From positions 1 to 27,409 of the forward strand of contig JAFGOA010000086.1 of NCBI GenBank assembly GCA_016926735.1: DNA of 27,409 nt. Direction: 5' to 3'. Each line of letters opens with the position of its first letter. The stretch's first letter is position 1. A program made the translations under genes and the position numbers. The notes under the pieces were generated by a model. That model did no database searches, was not told the origin of the DNA, and saw only the letters and a program-made list of their open reading frames with translations. Source of the DNA: Promethearchaeota archaeon (lineage in GTDB: Archaea > Asgardarchaeota > Lokiarchaeia > Sigyniarchaeales > SOKP01). This document shows positions 1 to 8,312 of the stretch, in pieces.

Positions 1-84
1 AATAACAGATATTATTAAAATAGAATTAGGACCAAAATTTTACAAAGGAGAAGAATTTAAATAAATATATTCTCCAATTTTTAC

Positions 85-405
85 TCAAATATATTTTAGC
101 TTAATTTTCTTTTTAAAATCAAGATAAATTTCATCATCCCTTACTATATATGCCATAGTAACTATTTTCTTTAAATTTTTTAAGAGAAGTATCTCTTTAG
201 GAATAGTACCAAATGCGTTCTCAACATTAAATAATTCTTTCAAATTTTTCAATTTTTCAATGGTTTTAGGAAGATTTTCAATATTATTACTTTCTATATT
301 AAGAATTTCTAGATTTTATAAGGTACATATGACTTCTGGAAAAAATTTAAAATAGTTATTGGAGAGATCAAGATATTTCATTTTTTTTAGATTTTGAAAA
401 AGCTT
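85..405 (-). pseudogene. Leucine-rich-repeat protein remnant (about 3 LRRs), 5'-truncated, with an in-frame stop
   Basis: Manual translation: KLFQNLKKMKYLDLSNNYFKFFPEVICTL*NLEILNIESNNIENLPKTIEKLKNLKELFNVENAFGTIPKEILLLKNLKKI...KYI*. The LxxLxLxxNxL/P repeats continue across a TAA at 316-318. Not in the ORF track. Confidence 0.8.
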
Positions 406-418
406 AGTTTTACAAGAC

Positions 419-1204
419 TTATGCTATAATTGAATCTTCTTTTATTCTTTCAGGAATGATATTCTTAAATACTAAAATATAGGATAACAATACATATAGT
501 CCAATAGAGAGACTATGTATAATAATTGTATTAAAAACATTTTGGCTTAATTGATATATAAAACCAAGGATAAATGCAGGAATAAATACAGAAAATATAG
601 TTTGGATTACATTTTTAAGAGATTTGATCGTTATATTTATAGTATGGAATATCCAAAAAATAACAGCTGTAATTATTGTACCTATTGAAAATGATAGAAA
701 AAGAATCATTATTTTTTGAGGGAATATATCCATAAACAAGCTCTGGATAAAACCCCTAAAAAAGAGTTCTTCACCCAAAGGAACCATAATAAAATAGACA
801 ATACAAGCATTAAGAAATTCTGATTTATCTTTTTTTGGTTTGATTATTAATAGGGATTCATTATATTTTATTACATAAAATAATTGTAAACATGTAAAAA
901 GACCAATTATAGAACCAAGTATTACAGAGTAAGGTAAAAAAAGAACAAAATTATCAAAATTAAATCCAAAGTGGATAAAATCACCTTTTCCAACGATAAG
1001 AACTCCAATAATGTAAAATGATACAAATATTCCTGCAATCAGATAAGAACAAAATAATGTTTTTTTAGGAGAATCTATAGCAAATTTATTTATCCATCTG
1101 GAAATTAATGTAAATAAAAATCCAGTTAATATAAGAAAGATTATTGCTATTACAATATTGAATATAACTTCAGATTGAATAGTTTCCATTAATTTTTTTA
1201 TCAA
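419..1204 (-). CDS. CPBP family (CAAX/Abi-type) intramembrane glutamic endopeptidase
   Basis: Multiple TM segments with the motifs EELFFRG, FWIFH and IIIHS (EExxxR, FxxxH, HxxxN-like). TTG start. Confidence 0.9.
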   Translation of the reverse strand: MIKKLMETIQSEVIFNIVIAIIFLILTGFLFTLISRWINKFAIDSPKKTLFCSYLIAGIFVSFYIIGVLIVGKGDFIHFGFNFDNFVLFLPYSVILGSIIGLFTCLQLFYVIKYNESLLIIKPKKDKSEFLNACIVYFIMVPLGEELFFRGFIQSLFMDIFPQKIMILFLSFSIGTIITAVIFWIFHTINITIKSLKNVIQTIFSVFIPAFILGFIYQLSQNVFNTIIIHSLSIGLYVLLSYILVFKNIIPERIKEDSIIA

Positions 1205-1463
1205 TTCTTTATATCTAAATAAGATTTCTTTTTTTTTTTAATCTAAGTATGATTTATTTCAGTTAACGGATCTGAATAATATAATACAAATTTTGAAGAA
1301 GTATGGGAATATCAGTTTATTTGGGGTGAGAGATTCAATAACAATCTACACTATAAATTATCATAAGGTAAAAAATATTATTATAAGCTAAAAAGAATTT
1401 AATAAAATTGATGCATTCAAGATTTATAATCCATTACTATAAATTATAGAATAAAAGATTAGT

Positions 1464-1976
1464 ATGAAAATAAAGAATTCTCAACTAAGATTAATCCAAG
1501 GAGATATAATTGAAGTTAATACTGATGCAATTGTTAATCCAGCAAATACTCATTTAATAATGGGAGGTGGTGTTGCCGGGGCGATTTTAAGGAAAGGAGG
1601 ATCTAAAATTCAAGAAGAAGCTAATCAAAAAGCTCCTATTTTAGTTGGACAAGCTGTTATAACGAATGGTGGAAATTTAAAAGCAAAACATATTATACAT
1701 GCTGTTGGTCCTAGATTGGGTGAAGGAAATGAAGAGATTAAATTAGAGAATGCCGTTTTGAATAGTCTTAATATTATGGATGAAAATAATCTGAAATCAA
1801 TTGCTTTTCCTGCTATTTCCACAGGAATATTTGGATATCCGATTGAAAAATGTGCGAAAATTATGATTTCTACCATAAAGAACTATTTAGAAAATAGACA
1901 GACTTCTATTGAACAAGTTATAATATGTTTATTTACTCAAGAAGATTTTAAAATATTTGAAGAATTTTTAATTTGA
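1464..1976 (+). CDS. Macro domain protein (MacroD/YmdB-like ADP-ribose or O-acetyl-ADP-ribose hydrolase)
   Basis: GDI, IVNPAN, GGGVAGAI, IIHAVGP and AFPAISTGIFGYP motifs. Confidence 0.95.
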   Translation: MKIKNSQLRLIQGDIIEVNTDAIVNPANTHLIMGGGVAGAILRKGGSKIQEEANQKAPILVGQAVITNGGNLKAKHIIHAVGPRLGEGNEEIKLENAVLNSLNIMDENNLKSIAFPAISTGIFGYPIEKCAKIMISTIKNYLENRQTSIEQVIICLFTQEDFKIFEEFLI

Positions 1977-2357
1977 TTAATTATTCATTTTACCATTATA
2001 ACTTTTTAAACGAATATAATTTTCAGAAAATTTAAGTTCAACGATATTTATCTATGATTGGTATTTATATTATATTTAAACTAATAGAATTATTCATCTA
2101 AATTTAAAAAGAGATTAAGCATAAATCATCAAAAATAGGATTTTTTTGGAAATTTGAATCAAATAAATTTTGAGGTCATCAAAAAAATAATAAGAATAAT
2201 AACTAATTTTTCTAATATTTATTTAGGTAATAAATGAATATCTCAAGATGTTTTATAGTATTTAAATATTGATCTCTAAATAGTTTTAATTAGCTAATAT
2301 ATTTTCTATCATTATAGAAAAGGTTTTTGGCTTCATATTTATAAAATATTATAACTG

Positions 2358-3179
2358 TTGATAATGAAAGAAGATTATAATTTAGAAAGCGGATTTTTTG
2401 AAGATGGACTTCCTTTTGTGCGAATTGGAAAAGGACCAAAGATCATCGTTAATATTGAAGGTTTAAGTTTTAATAATAATCCTCCTTCCGGTTTCGAATT
2501 AAAAGAATTTATAAAATCTATGGATATTTTCACTGAAAATTATACAATATATCTTGTTGGAAGAAAGCCAAACTCTCCCTTATATTATCCTTTTAAAAAA
2601 ATGGTTAACGATTATGCTAATATGATCCATCGAGAATTTAAAGAACCAATTAATGTTATGGGTGTCTCTACAGGAGGACATTTAGCTCAATTTTTAGCCG
2701 CAGAGCATCCTGATATCATTCAAAAATTAATAATTATATCAGCGGCTTTTCGCACAAGTGAAACCGGTTTAGAAATAGAAGAAAGGGCAGCAGAATATTT
2801 TAAACAAAAAAAATATTTTAAAACAATAGAAACGATATTCGAATTAATCATGACTTCCAAAATAATCAGATTTATTAGTAAAATAATTATTAGATTGTTT
2901 ATGAAAGATTTTTTTGGAGAAGTTAAATATCCAAATGATTTTTTGAATGAAATTCGTGCAGATAAAGAAATGAATAGTAAAGAAATACTACAAAATATTT
3001 TAGCTCCTACATTAATCATTTGTGGTGAATTAGATGGATGTTATGCAATTGAGGATGTAAAATATACAGCTGAAGGAATACCGAATGCAAAATTAATAAT
3101 ATATAAAGGGATTGGACATAATCTCGTAAGGAAGAAAAGAAAGCAACTGAAAAAAGATATATTAACATTTCTTGAATAG
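2358..3179 (+). CDS. Alpha/beta fold hydrolase
   Basis: GVSTGG nucleophile elbow, PTLIICGELD (Asp) and GIGH (His). Alternative ATG start at 2364. Confidence 0.9.
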   Translation: MIMKEDYNLESGFFEDGLPFVRIGKGPKIIVNIEGLSFNNNPPSGFELKEFIKSMDIFTENYTIYLVGRKPNSPLYYPFKKMVNDYANMIHREFKEPINVMGVSTGGHLAQFLAAEHPDIIQKLIIISAAFRTSETGLEIEERAAEYFKQKKYFKTIETIFELIMTSKIIRFISKIIIRLFMKDFFGEVKYPNDFLNEIRADKEMNSKEILQNILAPTLIICGELDGCYAIEDVKYTAEGIPNAKLIIYKGIGHNLVRKKRKQLKKDILTFLE

Positions 3180-3358
3180 TCTTTAAATATAAATAACTAC
3201 TTCAGTTTTTCTTAATTATGTGTTAAGTTAAAATTCTTCCAAAATTAAAGATTGTGTGAGAATTATTAGATTAAGATTTTATGAATGATTAGGATTAATT
3301 TTTAAAAAAAAAAGGGATTTTAAATAGAGTATTATTTATTTCTTTTGATTAATGTAAT

Positions 3359-6187
3359 CTAAGGTAATTCAATAAGACCAACATATGCTTGAGCTACTAA
3401 TAGTGCATCAATAATATTTATTGCACCATCATGATTTACATCAGCTTGTTCGGGATAAAATGATTGAGGATTCAAACCTACATAGTATTGTGCGATTAAT
3501 AATGCATCAATAATATCTACATTACCATCATGATTTACATCACCATTTTGCCATTCAGTAATAGATACTACAGTCACAGCAACAGAATCAGAATTTGTTT
3601 GACCATCAACATCAGACACAGTGCATATATAAGTATACGTACCTATTGAAAGCCCATCAACATTAATAGTTATAGAGTTTCCAGAGCTCCATGAACCAGA
3701 AGCAACTTGACTACCATCTCTTGTAATTGTATATGTTGTTGGATTGTCATCTGTAGCGATCCATGATAATGAATTTCCAGTTTCACCTTCTTGATATTCT
3801 ACATTTGCAGGTGAATTTATGGAAGGAATTTGGGTATCTTCTGCTTCTGCTACAACAAGTGCTAAATCAAATACAAGAGGCGAATTCCAATATATTGTAT
3901 GTTCACTTGAAGTCCAATCGGTATTGGTATTTGTATAGCATTTAGCATTAAATCTTGATGTCATTCGATTTTCATACATATTAGCACCACCTGGTAGAAT
4001 TCCTTTAGGTAATCCAGGTTTATTGTCAAGATTATAAATATTACTAAAGACAGCTGTTGTACTCTGTGTACCATAACCAGTAACCATGCATATTTGCATT
4101 GGATTTACACCTAAAATATAATTAAGATTTGATTTAACTATCTCAGAAACTTCAACATTATAATCATCTATTAAAATACTTCCAATTGCAATATCCATAG
4201 GAGTGTTTAAAATCATCATATTAGATCCCCACCAATATTGCCATGCTTCAAGTGAATTTTGCCAAGCTACCCTATTAGCTCTCTCAATATGAGTTCCGCG
4301 CCAATTTATAAATTTCGAGGTAAACCAATTAATAAATGTAGAATCTGGATTCTCAGAGCTCAAATATATCAATAATGCAGGAATTTCATTGTCACCAACA
4401 AAATGAGCACATTCAGGGTTATCTAAAGTGTCAGCAAATTGTTCATAATTATTGAGAAAATAATTATTATATACAAAATCTCCTGTAGCATAATAAAGAC
4501 AAGCAGCAGCAAACAATCTATCATCCCCATCATCTGAATCACCATATGGTCCTGAGGGAATTCCAATATAATTTGGATTATTTTCTAAATATGTCCAACC
4601 GAATTCTGCTGCATTAAGCATTTGATTTGCAAATGATTGATCATATTCCAAATAGAATTTATATGCTCGAGCTAAAATACCCACTGAATCTGCAGAAGAG
4701 GGCGTTGGTCGTACATTTATTTCTCCATTATCTCCAATATCTTTTATCGCTCGTGTTGAATCAGATGTATCATCGCCTATACTTTGAATACGATGATAAA
4801 AACCTCCACTATTCTCATCTTGACATTTTAATATGAACTCAAGTTCATGTCTTATCTCATCTAATAAATCTGGGATATTATTGCCGCTCTCTGGTATATT
4901 AAACTGATTATCTTGAAATTGTGATGGAAAAAGTTGATAAGCCCATAATAGATCTTGAATTGCTGTAGCGCCTGCATTCGTATATTTCCCAAAATCTCCT
5001 GCATCATACCATCCATTTGAAACATCTTTATATATATTTTGATATCCAGATTCTAATGGACAATTAAAATCATTAGAATGAAATGCTGTATGTGGATATT
5101 CAAGGGCATTTGTTGATATTAATTCTTCATTTGCTCTTTGATAATAAAAGTATCTAGCGGAATCTATTAATATATCATCATATATATCAGAACTGATAGT
5201 AAAAACAGGTGAATTATTAATTCCACTTGCTTGGACAGATATATAATAGTCACCTTCATCACTTAAAGCTGAAAAGTCTGCTCTTAATACTTTCTCTCCT
5301 GAGACCTCGGGATCATATTCAGAAACCAATGTAAGTGTTCCTGTAAATGACATTCTATTATCTATTGCATTTCTAACCTCAAAGATAGTACCAATATCAG
5401 CAGCTAATTCTTCTTCAAATCCACTTATTAAAGCATATTTTTCACCTTCAGGAACATATCCCACTTGATTTACTTTAATTGGTTCAAAGGATAATTCATT
5501 ATCAGGTGAAATTATATCTATATCATTGATCCAAAATTTTAATGGATTTGGGGGATAAATTGCAGGTCCTAATACTAAACATAAAATTTGATTAAGATTT
5601 ATTCCACTATCAAAATTAATTAGATTGTTTAAAGGAATTGTTACATGTTGCCACTCTGTTGTTAATGTAATATAATCTGTTATGGTTTTGGTTTGATCAA
5701 TGCTTTCCGTTCCCCTTTCATATACTTTATCTCTAACACCGATTATAAACTGTTCTCCTCCAGATGCACCCCTAATATTAAATTCTATTGTACCTCTTTC
5801 ATAATAAGGTTCAAGATTTATAGTTACCCATCCTGCTGGAGTAATTAATGCTGTCCACCATTCAGTTGATTGTTGAAGATTTACTCTCAAGGAAGGTTTT
5901 CCATTATAAGTCATTTCCCAATCTAATGGAAGAGAAGCTGAACTACTAGTCTCTAAATATCCGGAAGCATCACCAGCCCAACCTCCAGGATCAGTGTCCT
6001 CAAAAACTTGAAGTATCTGCAATTGTCGATATCCTTCTTCTGGAGAAGATTTTAAAGATATGCTATTTTTTGAGTCTATACTAATTGAATACATAAAGGA
6101 CATACTCATACTTAAAAAAAGAATCAAAATAAAGAAACTTAATTTTAATATTTCTTTATTTTTTAGATTATTATTTAATTTCAACAT
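3359..6187 (-). CDS. Secreted modular glycoside hydrolase family 9 (signal/TM - CBM30-like - CelD_N Ig - GH9 catalytic - Ig-like - type I-like dockerin)
   Basis: IKVNQVGY (Ig_CelD), YFYYQR, GWYDAGDFGKY (catalytic Asp pair) and SSEHTIYWNSPL (catalytic Glu). The N-terminal YNGKPSLRVNL..WW..GW..EFNIRG..RDKVYER..TTEWQHVTIPL segment resembles CBM30 of clostridial CelJ (from memory). C-terminal duplicated GDVNHDGNVDIIDALL / ADVNHDGAINIIDALL Ca-binding repeats. Confidence 0.93.
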   Translation of the reverse strand: MLKLNNNLKNKEILKLSFFILILFLSMSMSFMYSISIDSKNSISLKSSPEEGYRQLQILQVFEDTDPGGWAGDASGYLETSSSASLPLDWEMTYNGKPSLRVNLQQSTEWWTALITPAGWVTINLEPYYERGTIEFNIRGASGGEQFIIGVRDKVYERGTESIDQTKTITDYITLTTEWQHVTIPLNNLINFDSGINLNQILCLVLGPAIYPPNPLKFWINDIDIISPDNELSFEPIKVNQVGYVPEGEKYALISGFEEELAADIGTIFEVRNAIDNRMSFTGTLTLVSEYDPEVSGEKVLRADFSALSDEGDYYISVQASGINNSPVFTISSDIYDDILIDSARYFYYQRANEELISTNALEYPHTAFHSNDFNCPLESGYQNIYKDVSNGWYDAGDFGKYTNAGATAIQDLLWAYQLFPSQFQDNQFNIPESGNNIPDLLDEIRHELEFILKCQDENSGGFYHRIQSIGDDTSDSTRAIKDIGDNGEINVRPTPSSADSVGILARAYKFYLEYDQSFANQMLNAAEFGWTYLENNPNYIGIPSGPYGDSDDGDDRLFAAACLYYATGDFVYNNYFLNNYEQFADTLDNPECAHFVGDNEIPALLIYLSSENPDSTFINWFTSKFINWRGTHIERANRVAWQNSLEAWQYWWGSNMMILNTPMDIAIGSILIDDYNVEVSEIVKSNLNYILGVNPMQICMVTGYGTQSTTAVFSNIYNLDNKPGLPKGILPGGANMYENRMTSRFNAKCYTNTNTDWTSSEHTIYWNSPLVFDLALVVAEAEDTQIPSINSPANVEYQEGETGNSLSWIATDDNPTTYTITRDGSQVASGSWSSGNSITINVDGLSIGTYTYICTVSDVDGQTNSDSVAVTVVSITEWQNGDVNHDGNVDIIDALLIAQYYVGLNPQSFYPEQADVNHDGAINIIDALLVAQAYVGLIELP

Positions 6188-6910
6188 TTTTAATTCATTT
6201 TTTATTTTTCTTTTTAAAATAATTTCTAAAATAAGGATGTAAAATATACTAAATACAAAGTATATTATGTATTATAACTACAAAAATCGTATTTAAGCTT
6301 TTCCCAAATCTCCCATGACAAACTAGAAGAGTGATTTTTGAAGATATTTTCCTAAAAACATTAATATAATTAATTAAGATATTAAATAAATTAAATCATA
6401 TTATATAATCAATAGTTTACTAATATTTAATTCTTTTTTTTATTTAATGGATAGGTTATTAAGGGTTTTAGAATTCATCTAACATAATGATATTTATTCT
6501 CATATAAGAGAAGTTGCATGTGTACAAAATATTCAAAAATATTACATAATAATAACGATCAATGAAATTTGGTAAATTAATTGAAGGAATGATTGTGATA
6601 AATCAAATATTTTACCTTATAAAAATAGTTCGAAAACTACACCTCAAACCTTTTTAAATAGAAAAAAAAACTCAAATTAGAAGGAAAAATGTTATGGTTA
6701 TTAATTATAATCTATATAAAGAGTATTTTTTCTTCATTATCAAATATAAAAAGAGAATAACTAGTAATTTAATCCGAGAATAAAATTTTATGCAAAAAAA
6801 CCAATTTTCAATAATTTTGAATAGGGAATAAAAAATCACATCATTTCTAATCAAATAAAGGATTAAATACTGAAACAGCAAAAAATAGATATTAAAAGGT
6901 GTAAAAAAAA

Positions 6911-7090
6911 ATGCAAAAAGAATTAACAAAAGAAGAAATGGAAAAAATTAATGGTGAAGGAGGCGTAAGAATAATTTATACAAGTGGGAATGGAAATATT
7001 GTAATAAGCTATTTAGAATCAATTCAAAAATTCGTTTATGTTAATTTTTACACAGGACAGATAAAACTGATTGTGGAGCAGCATACATAG
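6911..7090 (+). CDS. Putative double-glycine-leader peptide precursor (bacteriocin-like), 59 aa; 3' end may be degraded
   Basis: MQKELTKEEMEKINGEGG-VRIIYTSGNGNIVISYLE... matches the ELxxEExxxIxGG-type leader. AGGTG SD-like site upstream. Immediately followed by a C39 remnant. Confidence 0.6.
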   Translation: MQKELTKEEMEKINGEGGVRIIYTSGNGNIVISYLESIQKFVYVNFYTGQIKLIVEQHT

Positions 7091-7347
7091 TAAGTATTAC
7101 CTTGCATTATGGATTAAAAAAACCTTTAACACAAATATTTGAACTTGCTAGAACAGATAAGAAAGGTATAGATATAATTGGTTTAATAAAATTAATAAAC
7201 TCATTAGGTTTTAATGCAAAATAAGTAAAAAAAGATCCCAGAGAACTTAATGAGACATTGGATTTACCAATAATTGATCATACTCTAAAAATTAAAATTA
7301 TTATTGCTGTTCCAACTGAGGGAATTATTAATATAACCTTCCCCTAA
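7038..7347 (+). pseudogene. Peptidase C39 domain remnant of a peptidase-containing ABC transporter (PCAT)
   Basis: MLIFTQ/(1-nt frameshift)/TDKTDCGAAYIVSITLHYGLKKPLTQIFELARTDKKGIDIIGLIKLINSLGFNAK*VKK...LPIIDH...KIIIAVPTEGII*. Shows the Q-x5-C-GAA, HYG, LGFxAK and LPxIxH motifs. In-frame TAA at 7222-7224, catalytic HYVV segment missing, no ABC domains follow. Confidence 0.85.
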
Positions 7348-7467
7348 ATTAGTGGGGAATTATTTGAAGAATAAATAGAATTTATATTTTATATTGTTAA
7401 GGATTAATGATACTCCATAATCATACTATTATTGAGAATTGACCAAAATTATTAAATTATTTAATTT

Positions 7468-7668
7468 TTAACATTTGTAATTTTTTTCTTCATTAATTGA
7501 ATTAGAACTCGATTCAGAATCAGTTTTTAATCCTTCAACTTCTATTGCATCGTCAATTAGCTTTGCCAATAATTCTTGTTTAGTAATTTTTTTTCCTTTT
7601 AGAATATAATGGGAAAGCAACTCGTCTAGTAATTTTTCATGTTTTTTATCGATTCTAAAGTTGCTCAT
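7468..7668 (-). CDS. Small putative DNA-binding protein (ribbon-helix-helix / VapB-like antitoxin), no adjacent toxin
   Basis: Short N-terminal strand (SNFRID) followed by two helices (KLLDELL...KKITKQELLAKLIDDA) and an acidic tail. Confidence 0.5.
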   Translation of the reverse strand: MSNFRIDKKHEKLLDELLSHYILKGKKITKQELLAKLIDDAIEVEGLKTDSESSSNSINEEKNYKC

Positions 7669-7877
7669 AGTAAAAATTCAGTATAATTTCTGTTTTTTAT
7701 TCAATAAACAATATTTTTTCTTAATAAATACTTTTTTAACCCTTTTTACTTGATTTTTTATAATTCAATAATTATGCACTTTACCAATAATTCATTTTAG
7801 TATTATTCCTTATTATAATTTATTAGTATCTTTTAAGATAAATTGAAAAATATTTTTGATAAATTAAGGTATGAAAT

Positions 7878-8282
7878 ATGGTAATATTAGGGTATTGTGG
7901 AGATCGATGTGATGTCTGTCCAAGATATATTGCAAGTCAAAAAAAAGGTATTGATGAATTGAAAAAAGTAGTAATATTATGGAAAAAAGCAGGATTTCGT
8001 AATGATATAGATAATCCAAATAATTTAATTTGTGATGGTTGTAATAAAGAAAAGGAATGTGCATATGATAATATTAAGCAATGTTGTATATCCAAAAATA
8101 TTGAAAATTGTGGTAATTGCAGAGATTATCCATGCATTTTAGTTATTAAAGCTTTTGAAAAAACAAGAGATATAGAAATAAAATGTTCTGAAATTTTAAA
8201 TCCAGATGACTTTAAAAGTTTAAAAACAGCATTTTTTCAAAAGAAAAAGTATCTAGATGATGAAAATAAAAAAAAGTTTTAG
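7878..8282 (+). CDS. DUF3795-like cysteine-rich metal-binding protein
   Basis: YCGDRCDVCP...CDGC...C...IKQCC...NCGNCRDYPC cysteine pattern. Confidence 0.85.
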   Translation: MVILGYCGDRCDVCPRYIASQKKGIDELKKVVILWKKAGFRNDIDNPNNLICDGCNKEKECAYDNIKQCCISKNIENCGNCRDYPCILVIKAFEKTRDIEIKCSEILNPDDFKSLKTAFFQKKKYLDDENKKKF

Positions 8283-8312
8283 GAGATGATTATATTAAAG
8301 AAAATAGTTGCT

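Noticed and set aside
1245-1392. Open + strand frame without ATG (KYDLFQLTDLNN...) upstream of the macro-domain gene
   Set aside because: No convincing start and no recognisable motif.
1625-6242. Track ORFs 1625-1876, 2720-3019, 3763-3945, 4627-4836 and 6060-6242
   Set aside because: Antisense shadows of well-supported genes.
6520-6900. Possible SPASM/radical SAM maturase remnant (NEIW...CDKSNILP) upstream of the GG-leader peptide, and ORF 6705-6929
   Set aside because: Too many stops and too few cysteines to support the call. The minus-strand ORF is low-complexity and overlaps the precursor.
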